Source: an uncultured delta proteobacterium | GTDB lineage: Bacteria; Myxococcota; Kuafuiibacteriia; Kuafuiibacteriales; Kuafuiibacteriaceae | Assembly (NCBI GenBank): GCA_963803435.1 | Contig: CAWDML010000001.1 | Location: 992,001 to 1,056,000, forward strand | Length of the DNA stretch: 64,000 nucleotides | Direction: 5' to 3' | Part shown: positions 9,998 through 19,874 of the stretch, piece after piece | How the letters are laid out: the number at the start of each line of letters is the position of its first letter | Numbering within the stretch: the stretch's first letter is position 1 | Notes under the pieces: model-generated | What the model was told of the DNA's origin: nothing | Databases searched by the model: none | Seen by the model: the letters and a program-made list of their open reading frames with translations, nothing else | Position numbers and translations under genes: made by a program

Positions 9998-10777
9998 GTG
10001 GTCGCGTATCAACCGCCCGATGAAGTGATGCTGGCGGTCGGCTCCGCGTTCAAGGCGGACCCGCTGCTCCACGCCGCCGATCGGATTCGCACCATCGCCC
10101 GGCACGACGTCGAAGACCTGGCGGCCTACGGCGTGACCGGCGAGGACGTCGACAACCTCGAGAAGCAGATCCGCGAGGTCAAGCGCACCATGGCGGATCC
10201 GCGCTCACAGAAGAACGACACGCCGCTGCAGATGGCCGAGGTCGCCCTGACGATGTCGAAGATCCGCGGCTGGATGAAGACCTTGCGGATGATGGCGTCG
10301 ATCAACCTCGCCCTCGACACGCCCGCGCTGGAGCGGATCTCCAGCGCAGCGACCGAGGTGATCGAGGGCTACCCGCGCGACCTGCTGGTCGAGCTCAAGC
10401 ACAAGCTGAACGCGGCCGCGGATCTGAAGCCGCGGCTCGAGGATGTCGGGCTCACCGATACGTTCGTGTCGCGAGGGCGCCGGCTGGCGTCGCAGCTCGA
10501 GACGGCCATCGGAAAGAGCGACGTCGACGGGGACAGCCTGCACCTCACAGTGCGCCGCCTCTACATGCGGAAGGCGCAGCTCTATCTGACGCTCAAACGC
10601 ATCACGCGTGCAGGCCAGCTTGCGTTCATCAGCCATCCGCCCCAGGCGGGCGCGTACCACCTCGACGAGATCGAGCCGGTCTCGATCGAGGATCCGCGCC
10701 GCGGGAAGGCGGGCGCAAAAGCACACCTCTCCGCCTCGACGATGCCGGCGATCACCCGGCGCCCGGGACGGCCTTGA
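9998..10777 (+). CDS. Hypothetical alpha-helical protein
   Basis: Strong GC3 codon bias; no recognised motif. Confidence 0.65.
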   Translation: MVAYQPPDEVMLAVGSAFKADPLLHAADRIRTIARHDVEDLAAYGVTGEDVDNLEKQIREVKRTMADPRSQKNDTPLQMAEVALTMSKIRGWMKTLRMMASINLALDTPALERISSAATEVIEGYPRDLLVELKHKLNAAADLKPRLEDVGLTDTFVSRGRRLASQLETAIGKSDVDGDSLHLTVRRLYMRKAQLYLTLKRITRAGQLAFISHPPQAGAYHLDEIEPVSIEDPRRGKAGAKAHLSASTMPAITRRPGRP

Positions 10778-10813
10778 CCCCACTCCGGGGGCAGGCAATG
10801 CTCCCGCGCTGGT

Positions 10814-11461
10814 ATGAAGCTCCTCCCGATCTTCGCTTCGACCGTCGCGATCGCCCTCGCAGGATGTGCGACCCAATCCGGCCAGACCAAGGGCCAGGCC
10901 CAGGCGAAGAAGCCGGCCGAGAAGCACCCGGTCGCCGGCGGAGAGACCGGCGCGACGGACGACGTGCGCACCTCGGACATCGACAACGACGGCCGGCCCG
11001 AGGTCTACAAGTACTACAGCCGCATCGATGATCCCGATCGCCCCGGCGAGAAGAAGACCCAGCTCACTCGCCAGGATCTCGACCTCAACTGGGACGGGAA
11101 GATCGACATCTGGCGCTACTTCGACGCCAAGGGGAAGGTCGAGCGCGAGGAGTGGGACACCGACTACGACGGCAAGGTCGACGAGACCCGCTTCTTCGAG
11201 AACGGTGTCATCGCGCGGGTGGAACGCGACCGCAACAACGACGGCCGGCCGGACATGATCCGCTACTACAAGGCCGGCAAGTTGGAGCGGAAGGAGAGCG
11301 ACACCAACGGCGACGGACAGGTCGACCGATGGGAGTACTTCACTGGTCGCACGCTCGATTGCGTCGGCGTCGACAAGGACCACGACGGTTCGGTCGACAC
11401 CTGGGCCAAGGCGCAGGCGGACGCGCGCGGCGAGCCTACGCCCGACAGCCCCTCCGAATAG
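10814..11461 (+). CDS. Lipoprotein with tandem DxD/NxDG (Ca-binding-like) repeats
   Basis: LAGC lipobox; DIDNDG, DLNWDG, DTDYDG, DRNNDG, DTNGDG, DKDHDG. Confidence 0.8.
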   Translation: MKLLPIFASTVAIALAGCATQSGQTKGQAQAKKPAEKHPVAGGETGATDDVRTSDIDNDGRPEVYKYYSRIDDPDRPGEKKTQLTRQDLDLNWDGKIDIWRYFDAKGKVEREEWDTDYDGKVDETRFFENGVIARVERDRNNDGRPDMIRYYKAGKLERKESDTNGDGQVDRWEYFTGRTLDCVGVDKDHDGSVDTWAKAQADARGEPTPDSPSE

Positions 11462-11467
11462 CCGGCC

Positions 11468-12190
11468 TCAAGGCCGCAACAGCTCCTTCATGAACAGCGC
11501 GAACGTGTGTCGTTCGTTCCACTCGCGGCGCGTCTTGCCGTACAGGCCGGGCGCTGCCAGATCCTCTTCCGTATAGCGGGCGCCGAACGCCTTCTCGGCG
11601 TAGATCGCGACCGCCTCCTCCACCCAGCGACGGCTGCGGTAGACCGGCAGCAGCGCTCGATCGATGTCCTCGCGCTCCTTCTGGGTGAACGCCAGGAAGT
11701 GCACCGCGTGGGTCATCTCGTGGATCATCAGGTGGGATCGGGAGAGGATCTCCTCCTCGCGCAGGCCGAGGCGGGCGCGATCCTCCCGCGCGCTGGTCCA
11801 GAAGATCCCAGCCGCGTCCGGGTTCGTGTGGCGCGGGAAGCCGAGCTCGCGGAAGTCGCGCCCCTTGGGGACCACCACCAGGTCGATCGGCTTGGCGGCC
11901 AGCATGCGGCGGCAGATCGCGGGATTGCCGCCCAGAACCCGAAGGACGCCGGCGAGCGAGGCGTCGCGCTCCTCCCGCGCGATCCGCTTGGCGTGGAGGC
12001 GCAGGCGCTCGGCGGCGTACTCGGACATCAGCGACGGCTCGGTGCGCGGCGGCGGCTGGCGACGCTGGAAGAGATCACCGCCGCGGAGGATCGAGAAGGC
12101 AGAGAGCGCCAGCTCGGGCGGGATCGAGGCCTCGAACAGGCTGGGGCTGCGCTCCTCACCAGGGCCGATGAACTCGTCGAGAGAGATCAC
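11468..12190 (-). CDS. Putative zinc-dependent peptidase
   Basis: MIHEMTHAVH (HExxH) with downstream EEAVA; GTG start overlaps the upstream stop. Confidence 0.6.
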   Translation of the reverse strand: MISLDEFIGPGEERSPSLFEASIPPELALSAFSILRGGDLFQRRQPPPRTEPSLMSEYAAERLRLHAKRIAREERDASLAGVLRVLGGNPAICRRMLAAKPIDLVVVPKGRDFRELGFPRHTNPDAAGIFWTSAREDRARLGLREEEILSRSHLMIHEMTHAVHFLAFTQKEREDIDRALLPVYRSRRWVEEAVAIYAEKAFGARYTEEDLAAPGLYGKTRREWNERHTFALFMKELLRP

Positions 12191-12645
12191 GTCCGCATGA
12201 TGATGCGCTTGGCGGTGGGGAGCTCGGTGTTCTCGACGCCGATGTGGATGAACCCCTTGTTCGGGTAGTAGACGGCCTCGTGGACGGGAAGCCCGCCGCT
12301 GCGGGAGCTCAGCGTGATCCACTCGTACACGCTCTCGAGGTCGACCTCTTCCCCGGGCTGGATGTCGGCGGCACAGCCGAACAGATGCAGCGACTCGATC
12401 GATGCGGGGAGCCCGGCGTTGCGGCAGGCCTCGTTGAGGCGCTCGTCTCGATAGCCGGAGAGCACCGTCCAGACGGGCGGAAACTGGTCGACGATGCGAT
12501 CGAGCAACGCGGTCAGTCGGGTGAGGTTCTCGAGGCACTTCGGCTCAGGATCGAGCTGCCGGGCCAGGTCCGGAAAGGTCGCGTCGACGAGCAGATCGCC
12601 GAGCACGTAATGCTTCGACAGTCGAAGCGTGCGATCGGCCGCCAT
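12187..12645 (-). CDS. Peptidase M15A family (D-Ala-D-Ala carboxypeptidase-like)
   Basis: LSGYR, SLHLFGCAADI and FIHIG motifs. Confidence 0.85.
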   Translation of the reverse strand: MAADRTLRLSKHYVLGDLLVDATFPDLARQLDPEPKCLENLTRLTALLDRIVDQFPPVWTVLSGYRDERLNEACRNAGLPASIESLHLFGCAADIQPGEEVDLESVYEWITLSSRSGGLPVHEAVYYPNKGFIHIGVENTELPTAKRIIMRT

Positions 12646-12652
12646 CCTGTCC

Positions 12653-12856
12653 TCACATGTCCTTGTTGACCCGACCGGACTGGGCGCGGCGCTTCGCGTG
12701 CTGGAACATCTGCGAGACGAAGGTATGGACGCCGACGTCCTCGAGGGCCTCGAAGTTCAGCTCGCCCTTGTTCACGAGCTCCTTGGTCGCCTCGTAGAAG
12801 GTCATCTCGGGGTTCGCGAGCAGGAGCTCGTCCATGGCCATCTGGAGCTCTTCCAC
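12653..12856 (-). CDS. Small hypothetical protein
   Basis: Clean 67-aa ORF with typical codon usage and a TAGCGT -10 box 9 nt upstream. Confidence 0.6.
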   Translation of the reverse strand: MEELQMAMDELLLANPEMTFYEATKELVNKGELNFEALEDVGVHTFVSQMFQHAKRRAQSGRVNKDM

Positions 12857-12898
12857 GGCGGCCGGACGCTAACCGATCGCCCTCGTCCGAACAAGAAG

Positions 12899-13819
12899 TC
12901 AGTTGTTGGTGGAGCGGGCCACCGCGGGGACCGGGGTCACGAACGCAGGGTGGCCCTTCAGCTCCAAGCCGAGGAGCGTCTCGGGGTCGACGTACATCGA
13001 GCGCGGCTCACCCTTCCTCGACCCGGACAGGCGCACGCTTCGCACCACCACCGCGAGGTGAAGGTGCGGCCCGGTGACACGTCCCGTCTGGCCGACCTCG
13101 CCCAGGACGTCGCCCTGCTTCACCAGTTCGCCCACCTTCGCCAGCCGCTTCGACATGTGGAAGTACATGGTGAAAAGGCCCCCGCCGTGGTCCAAGACCA
13201 CCGTTCCGCCGCTGGCCCACCGCAGCGCGGAGAGGACCACCCGGCCGTCGGCGACCGCGTGGATGGGGTCGCCGGTCTTGCCGTCGAGATCGAGCCCGTA
13301 GTGCGTGCTCTTCTTCTTGCCGTTGAAGGTGCGCTGGACGCCGAACGGCGAGGTGCGCACACCGGGGAGCGGAGGCTGGATCTTGCCCACGAACTTCGGG
13401 GTGGTGGGGGCGCGCTTCCACAGATCGGTGAGCTGCCGGGCCTCTCGACGCAACCTGGCTTGCAGCGCCGCCGGCTTCCTGGCGGTGAAGCGACTGCTCA
13501 CGCTCAGCTCCGACGTCAGCCAGGTGCGATCGACGATCTCCAGCATGACGTCCTGCTCTTCGGTACCCGCGACGACCCGGACCGGATACTTGCCGGGCTT
13601 GATGTCCATCGGGATCGGCGCCACGCCGCGCAGGAACCCGGCCGACACTCGGTGCAGCGTGACCTCGTAGCCCAGCACCTGGACGACGCCGCGATCGACG
13701 CTGACGTCGGTGTCCTGGAGGTAGATGAGCACGGGATCGCCGAGCCGGGGCGCGGCCGGATCGAACGTCACGGCCGTCGCCGACTGCGCGATGCAGAGTG
13801 AGAGCAGCGCGGTCAGCAC
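12899..13819 (-). CDS. M23 family metallopeptidase, secreted
   Basis: HYGLDL, YFHMS and TGPHLH motifs. Confidence 0.9.
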   Translation of the reverse strand: MLTALLSLCIAQSATAVTFDPAAPRLGDPVLIYLQDTDVSVDRGVVQVLGYEVTLHRVSAGFLRGVAPIPMDIKPGKYPVRVVAGTEEQDVMLEIVDRTWLTSELSVSSRFTARKPAALQARLRREARQLTDLWKRAPTTPKFVGKIQPPLPGVRTSPFGVQRTFNGKKKSTHYGLDLDGKTGDPIHAVADGRVVLSALRWASGGTVVLDHGGGLFTMYFHMSKRLAKVGELVKQGDVLGEVGQTGRVTGPHLHLAVVVRSVRLSGSRKGEPRSMYVDPETLLGLELKGHPAFVTPVPAVARSTNN

Positions 13820-13822
13820 CGG

Positions 13823-14701
13823 CTACACCCGCGCATTCGCCCGGATGGCCGCGAGGATGTCACGGGTCGCCGTCGACTTGTTGAGCGTATAGAAGTGGAC
13901 GCCCGGGGCGCCCCCCTGGATCAGACCGAGACACTGGATGGTGGCGTGCACGACGCCGAGCTCGTAGACACGCTCCGGCTGGTCGGCCAGGCGATCGAGC
14001 TGGGCCGCAAGGCGCTCGGGGATGGAGGCGCCGCACAGCTTGGTGAAACGCTTGATCTGATCGACGTTCTGGATCGGCATGATGCCGGGGATGATCGGGA
14101 TGTTGATCCCGGTGGCGCGCGCGCGATCGACGAAGTCGAAGTAGCAGCGGTTGTCGAAAAACAGCTGCGTGATGAGAAACTGCACACCGGCGTCGACCTT
14201 GCGCTTCAGGTTCGCCAGGTCCTGATAGGACGAGGCCGCCTCGACGTGCTTCTCCGGATAGCAGGCGCCGCCGAGGCAGAAGTCCCAGCGGTCGCGCACG
14301 AACGAGGTGAGCTCGTTGGCATAGGCGAAGCCACCCTCGGTGGCAGAGAAGCGGTCCTGCCCCTGGGGCGGATCGCCGCGAAGCGCGAGGACGTTCCGGA
14401 TGCCGCCCGCCCACAGGTCGTCGAGGACGGCGCCGAGGTCATCCTTGGTCGAGCCGACGCAGGTCAGGTGGGCCATCGCCTCGATCCCGAGCTCGCTCCG
14501 GATGCGGCGGGTGAGCTCGACCGTCTTCGTGCGCGTGGATCCGCCGGCCCCGTAGGTCACCGACACGAAGGTGGGGCGCAGCTCCTTGAGATCCTCGAGA
14601 GCCGACCACAGCTTCTCCTCGCCGTCCGGGGTCTTCGGAGGAGAAAACTCAAACGAGAAGATCGGATAGTCCGCGCCCTGGAGCGCTTCGATGATCCGCA
14701 C
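13823..14701 (-). CDS. metF: 5,10-methylenetetrahydrofolate reductase
   Basis: SFEFSPPK, VSVTYGAGGS, AHLTC, LALRGDPP, ITQLFFD and HFYTLN motifs. Confidence 0.95.
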   Translation of the reverse strand: MRIIEALQGADYPIFSFEFSPPKTPDGEEKLWSALEDLKELRPTFVSVTYGAGGSTRTKTVELTRRIRSELGIEAMAHLTCVGSTKDDLGAVLDDLWAGGIRNVLALRGDPPQGQDRFSATEGGFAYANELTSFVRDRWDFCLGGACYPEKHVEAASSYQDLANLKRKVDAGVQFLITQLFFDNRCYFDFVDRARATGINIPIIPGIMPIQNVDQIKRFTKLCGASIPERLAAQLDRLADQPERVYELGVVHATIQCLGLIQGGAPGVHFYTLNKSTATRDILAAIRANARV

Positions 14702-14830
14702 GCCATCGAACGTCGACCGTGACAATCGCGAGGTCAAGAGGCCAGGTACGCGCGAACGGGAGGACGGCCACGAGAAACCATGGGTTCCACCTCGGTCGAT
14801 GCTCCGGCCCCACCCGGCCGGTCCGGTCGC

Positions 14831-16072
14831 TCACGGCTTCGCGCGCATCTCGTCGAGACGGCGCTGGAGATAGGAGCGCGTGGGTGCGTTCTCCGCCAGC
14901 GCGAGCGCCCGGCGATAGGCTTCGGCGGCCTCGGGGTAGGACCCGTTCCGCCGTAGGAGATCGGCCTTGGCCGCGAAGAACGACAGGTAACCCTCGAGCT
15001 GACCGCACGCCTCCAACCTCGCCAGGATCTCGAGACCGGCCTTCGGCCCGGTCGCCATCGCTACCGCCACCGCGTAGTTGAGCTCGATCGTCGGCGACGG
15101 GGACATCGCGTGGAGCGCCCGGTAGAGCCCGGCGATCTGCGGCCAGTCGGTCGACTCGGGGCGCTCGGCTTCCGCATGCAGCGCCGCGATGGCAGCCTGG
15201 ATCTGGTAGGGCCCCGCTCGCCGCATCTCGAGCGCGCGTCGCACCAGCTTCCTCCCCTCCTCGATCTGCTCGCGCTTCCACAGCGTCCGGTCCTGCGCCT
15301 CCAGCAGGATCAGCTCACCCTCGGCGTCCGTCCGAGCGTCGCTGCGCGAGTCGTGGAGAACCATGAGCGCCAGCAGGCCCAGCACCTCCGGCTCCCTGGG
15401 CATCAGGCCGGCGAGGACCCAGCCCAGGCGGATCGCGTCGCGGCACAGCTCGCGCCTCACCACGGCTGCACCCACGCTCGCCGAGTAGCCCTCGTTGAAG
15501 ATGAGATACACGACGGCAAGCACCGCCTCGAGACGCTCGGGCAGCGCGCTCGCCTGCGGCACCGCATACGGGATCCCCGCGTCCTTGATCTTCCTCTTCG
15601 CGCGCACCAGGCGCTGCGCGAGCGTGGCCTCGGGGATGAGAAAGGCGCGCGCGATCTCCGGCGTCTCCAGGCCCCCCAGCGTCCGCAACGTCAACGCCAC
15701 CTGCGCCTCGAGAGACAGCGCGGGATGGCAGCAGGTGAAGATCAGCCGCAGCTGATCGTCGGGGACGGCCTCGACGTCGTCCGGTGACGGCGAGGACCGG
15801 CTGATGCCCGCGATCGCCGCGACCACCTCACGATGCTTCTCGACCGTCTTCGCCCGCCGCACGCCGTCGAGCGCGCGATGGCGGGCCGCCGTCATCAACC
15901 AGGCGCCTGGATTGTCCGGGGTCGCGTCTTGCCAGTGCTCGAGCGCCGACACCAACGCATCCTGCAGCGCGTCCTCGGCGCGCTGGAAGTCGCCACCGAG
16001 GATCCGGATCAAGGTGGCGAGCACCGCGCCGGACTCGCGCTTGAAGACGGACTCGATCGCCTGCCGCGACAC
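14831..16072 (-). CDS. ECF sigma factor with C-terminal TPR extension (ECF42-type)
   Basis: [31 protein letters not shown] and [12 protein letters not shown] motifs. Confidence 0.92.
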   Translation of the reverse strand: MSRQAIESVFKRESGAVLATLIRILGGDFQRAEDALQDALVSALEHWQDATPDNPGAWLMTAARHRALDGVRRAKTVEKHREVVAAIAGISRSSPSPDDVEAVPDDQLRLIFTCCHPALSLEAQVALTLRTLGGLETPEIARAFLIPEATLAQRLVRAKRKIKDAGIPYAVPQASALPERLEAVLAVVYLIFNEGYSASVGAAVVRRELCRDAIRLGWVLAGLMPREPEVLGLLALMVLHDSRSDARTDAEGELILLEAQDRTLWKREQIEEGRKLVRRALEMRRAGPYQIQAAIAALHAEAERPESTDWPQIAGLYRALHAMSPSPTIELNYAVAVAMATGPKAGLEILARLEACGQLEGYLSFFAAKADLLRRNGSYPEAAEAYRRALALAENAPTRSYLQRRLDEMRAKP

Positions 16073-16081
16073 GCCGACAGC

Positions 16082-16432
16082 CTAGTCGAACTTCATGATC
16101 GGACGCACCTCGACGGTACCGTGCTCCGCCGCTGGGATCTCCGCGGCGAGCTTCAGGGCCTGGTCGAGATCCTTGCAGTCGAGGAGGTAGAAGCCGCCCA
16201 GCTGCTCCTTCGTCTCGGCGAAGGGACCGTCCGTCGTCATCATCTTGCCGTTCTTCACGCGCACCGAGGTCGCGCTGCTGATCGACTGCAGCGCCTCGCC
16301 GCCGAGGTACACTCCGAGCTCCTTCACCTTCTGGGTGAACGCGTAGTAGCGCCCCATGTTCTTCTCGCGCGCCTCGGGCGTCATCGAGCCGTCGGCCTTC
16401 TCGTTCGTGTAGATGAGCAAAAGGTACTGCAT
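16082..16432 (-). CDS. YciI/DGPF family protein
   Basis: [16 protein letters not shown] and VEVRP; canonical ECF42 partner. Confidence 0.93.
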   Translation of the reverse strand: MQYLLLIYTNEKADGSMTPEAREKNMGRYYAFTQKVKELGVYLGGEALQSISSATSVRVKNGKMMTTDGPFAETKEQLGGFYLLDCKDLDQALKLAAEIPAAEHGTVEVRPIMKFD

Positions 16433-16529
16433 GTCTTCCTCGCCTCCTCCCCGTCGACGTCCGAGGGAACCGGGATTCGACAACGGATGAAGATTTTTTG
16501 CTCTGCGGATCCCAAGCGGTCGAAATCCT

Positions 16530-16557
16530 TTGATTGTTTCGGCGACCTTCGTAGTGT
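16530..16557 (+). promoter_or_regulatory. Putative thrC promoter (leaderless-type)
   Basis: TTGATT-16 nt-TAGTGT, 7 nt before ATG 16565. Confidence 0.5.
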
Positions 16558-16564
16558 TGGAGCC

Positions 16565-17878
16565 ATGGGCTTCCGCGCTCGGTTCCGGTGCTCCGACGGC
16601 TGCTCGGAGACGACGTACGATCTCTTCTCGGTCCGATACCGCTGCCCCGAATGCGGGGGCCTCCTCGACGTCGTCCACGACACCGAGGCGCTCCGGTCTC
16701 GTCCCTCCGCCGAGTGGAAGGCGCTGTTCGACGCACGGTTGGCACGGACGACCTGGCCGTACGGCTCAGGCGTCTGGGGCAAGAAGGAGTGGGTTCTTCC
16801 GGAGCTGCAGGACCAGAACGTGGTGTCGCTGTTCGAGGGCAACAGCAACATGTTCTGGGCCGAGCGGCTGGGACAGGAGCTCGGCGTGCCCGATCTCTGG
16901 GTGAAGCTATGCGGCAACTCCCACACCGGCTCGTTCAAGGATCTGGGCATGACCGTGCTGATGTCGGCCGTCCGCGAGATGCGTGCGCGCGGCGTCCCGA
17001 TCGAGGCCGTCGCCTGCGCCTCCACCGGGGACACCTCGGCGGCACTCGCCGCCTACGGCGCGGCGGCGGGGATCCAGACCGTGGTGTTCCTGCCCAAGGG
17101 AAAGATCACGACGGCCCAGCTGATCCAACCGCTCGCCCACGGCGCGAAGGTCCTGGAGATCGACAGCGACTTCGACGGCTGCATGCGGCTGGTCAAGGCG
17201 ATCTGCGAGGCAGAGGGAAGCACGGTCTATCTCGCAAACTCGATGAACGCGCTCCGGATCGAGGGGCAGAAGACCGTCGCCATCGAGATCGCTCAGCAGT
17301 TCGAGTGGGCCGCGCCCGACTGGGTGATCATCCCGGGGGGCAACCTGGGCAACGTCTCGGCCCTGGGTGCCGGGTTCGATCTCATGATCGAGACGGGCCT
17401 GATCGACCGCCGGCCGCGGATCTGCGTGGCGCAGGCCGAGCGGGCCAATCCGCTCTACCGGGCCTTCGCGGCGGGCCGCCGGGAGGTGGAGCCGATCGTC
17501 GCCCAAGAGACGGCGGCCAGCGCGATCCGAATCGGCAATCCCGTCTCTGCGCGGCGCGCCGTCCGCGTGCTCGAGCGTTTCGAGGGCGTCGTCGAGCAGG
17601 CCACCGAGCGCGAGCTGGCAGAGGCGGCCGCACGCGGAGACCGGACCGGCCTGTTCAACTGCCCGCACACCGGGGTGGCGCTGGCTGCGCTGGAGAAGCT
17701 GATCGCGCGCGGTCTCGTCACCCGCGACCAGCGGGTGATCGTCATTTCGACCGCGCATGGGTTGAAGTTCTCCGAGTTCAAGACTGCGTATCACTCGGGC
17801 GCGGACGGTGCGCACCGAAACGCACCCGTCGGCGTGGCCGCCTCCGAGGACGCCGTGCGGCGCGCGCTCGGCCTCTGA
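16565..17878 (+). CDS. thrC: Threonine synthase
   Basis: [24 protein letters not shown] and PGGNLGN motifs. Confidence 0.95.
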   Translation: MGFRARFRCSDGCSETTYDLFSVRYRCPECGGLLDVVHDTEALRSRPSAEWKALFDARLARTTWPYGSGVWGKKEWVLPELQDQNVVSLFEGNSNMFWAERLGQELGVPDLWVKLCGNSHTGSFKDLGMTVLMSAVREMRARGVPIEAVACASTGDTSAALAAYGAAAGIQTVVFLPKGKITTAQLIQPLAHGAKVLEIDSDFDGCMRLVKAICEAEGSTVYLANSMNALRIEGQKTVAIEIAQQFEWAAPDWVIIPGGNLGNVSALGAGFDLMIETGLIDRRPRICVAQAERANPLYRAFAAGRREVEPIVAQETAASAIRIGNPVSARRAVRVLERFEGVVEQATERELAEAAARGDRTGLFNCPHTGVALAALEKLIARGLVTRDQRVIVISTAHGLKFSEFKTAYHSGADGAHRNAPVGVAASEDAVRRALGL

Positions 17879-17918
17879 CTTCGAATCGGTTCGAACCCTT
17901 GCTATCGTGGATGGGTCG

Positions 17919-19580
17919 ATGGGCGTCCGCGATCTCGAGATCCAGCTCCAGCGTCTGCTTCGCTTGCATCGCGTCGGGCTGGCGCTGGGCTCGGAGAAGA
18001 ACCGCGATCGGCTGGTGGAGCGCATCCTGATCGAGGCCAAGGAGCTCTGTCGGGCCGACGGTGGGACGCTCTACCTTCGGACCGACGACGACGAGCTGCG
18101 CTTCGCCATCATGCTGAACGACTCCCTCCACATCCACCTGGGCGGGACCACGGGCAAGGCCGTCGAGCTCCCGCCGGTGCCCATGTTCGATCCGAAGACT
18201 CAGGTGCCCAACCACAAGAACGTCGCCAGCCACTGCGCGCTCCTCAAGGACTCGGTCAACATCGAGGACGCCTACCACGCCGAAGGCTTCGACTTCTCCG
18301 GGACGAAGCAGTTCGACCTGAACGCGGGCTATCGCTCGCAGTCCTTCCTCACCATCCCCATGCGGAACCAGGAGGACCGCGTCATCGGCGTCCTCCAGCT
18401 CATCAACGCCAGGAGCGAGGCCGGCGAGGTGGTGCCGTTCGCCGACGATCTCCAGCAGCTCGCCGAAGCGCTCGCCTCTCAGGCCGCGGTCGCGCTGGAG
18501 AATCAGATGCTGCTGTCGGGACAGCGGGCGCTGATGGAGGCGTTCATGAAGTTGATCGCCGCCGCGATCGACGACAAGTCGCCCTATACCGGCGGCCACT
18601 GCCGGCGCGTTCCCGTCCTGAGCGAGATGATCACGCGCGCCGTGTGCAACGCCGAGGACGGCGTGTTCGCCGGCTTCGATCTGACCGAGGACGAGTGGTA
18701 CGAGCTCCACATCGCCGGGTGGCTCCACGACTGCGGCAAGGTCACGACGCCGGTTCACGTGATGGACAAGGCCACCAAGCTGGAGACGATCTTCGATCGC
18801 ATCGAGGTGATACGGGCGCGCTTCGCCGGACTGATGCAGGCGGCTCGGAACGAGGCGGAGGTGACGGCGCTGCGGGACGAGCTGGCCTTCCTCGAGGTCG
18901 CGAACGTGGGCGGTGAGTTCATGTCGGACGACAAGAAGGCGCGGGTTCGCGAGATCGCCCGCCGGACCTGGACGGATCACCAGGGCCGTCCGCAACCGCT
19001 CCTGACGCCGGACGAGGTCCACAACCTCACCATCTCGCGCGGAACGCTCACGGAGGAGGAGCGGCTGATCATCAACGGCCACATGGTGCAGACAGTCCGC
19101 ATGCTGGAGGCCCTGCCCTTCCCGCGGAGCCTGAAGCGCGTACCCGAGTACGCGGGCGGCCATCACGAGAGGATGGACGGCACCGGCTACCCGAAGGGCC
19201 TCTTCGCCGGCGACATGTCCATCCCGGCCCGCATCATGGCGATCGCCGACGTCTTCGAGGCGCTCACCGCCCAGGATCGGCCCTACAAGAAGGGGAAGTC
19301 GTTGTCGGAGTCGATGAAGATCATGGGGTTCATGAAACGGGACAACCACCTCGACCCCGACCTCTTCGACGTCTTCGTGGCGAGCGGCGTCTATCGGCGC
19401 TACGCGGAGCAGTTTCTCCCACCGGAACAGATCGACGATGTAGACGAAGCTGCGCTCCTCGCCATCCAACCGCGCCCCTTCGAGCTTCCCGATGAGGCGG
19501 AACGGGCGCGACGTTGGGAAGGTTTCCTCCCCGAGTACGAGCGCACGATCCGCGAAAACGACCCCCTCACCTCGGTGTGA
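17919..19580 (+). CDS. GAF + HD-GYP cyclic di-GMP phosphodiesterase
   Basis: GAF domain; LHDCGK, HHERMDGTGYP and IADVFEALT motifs. Confidence 0.92.
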   Translation: MGVRDLEIQLQRLLRLHRVGLALGSEKNRDRLVERILIEAKELCRADGGTLYLRTDDDELRFAIMLNDSLHIHLGGTTGKAVELPPVPMFDPKTQVPNHKNVASHCALLKDSVNIEDAYHAEGFDFSGTKQFDLNAGYRSQSFLTIPMRNQEDRVIGVLQLINARSEAGEVVPFADDLQQLAEALASQAAVALENQMLLSGQRALMEAFMKLIAAAIDDKSPYTGGHCRRVPVLSEMITRAVCNAEDGVFAGFDLTEDEWYELHIAGWLHDCGKVTTPVHVMDKATKLETIFDRIEVIRARFAGLMQAARNEAEVTALRDELAFLEVANVGGEFMSDDKKARVREIARRTWTDHQGRPQPLLTPDEVHNLTISRGTLTEEERLIINGHMVQTVRMLEALPFPRSLKRVPEYAGGHHERMDGTGYPKGLFAGDMSIPARIMAIADVFEALTAQDRPYKKGKSLSESMKIMGFMKRDNHLDPDLFDVFVASGVYRRYAEQFLPPEQIDDVDEAALLAIQPRPFELPDEAERARRWEGFLPEYERTIRENDPLTSV

Positions 19581-19598
19581 TCCGCGGCGACTGATAGT

Positions 19599-19874
19599 AT
19601 GGCCGGAGTGTCGTCGGCCCATCGGATTCTCGGCGTGGGGCTGGACGCGGATCGAGCCACGATCCGCGCGGCGTTCCGGGCCCTGATCCGAGACGCCCAT
19701 CCCGATCGTCTCGGCGGCACTCCGGAGGCTCACGAGCGCTTCCTCGCGGTCAAGGCGGCCTACGAGGCGCTGAGCGATCCGGCGCGCCGGACCGAGCACG
19801 AACAGGACGAAGCCGAGCGGCGACAAGCTCAGCTCCGCAGGCGTCGCCGTCGGCTCAGGAGGTTGTACGAGTGA
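19599..19874 (+). CDS. Small J-domain protein
   Basis: ILGV...HPD...AYEALSDP. Confidence 0.85.
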   Translation: MAGVSSAHRILGVGLDADRATIRAAFRALIRDAHPDRLGGTPEAHERFLAVKAAYEALSDPARRTEHEQDEAERRQAQLRRRRRRLRRLYE

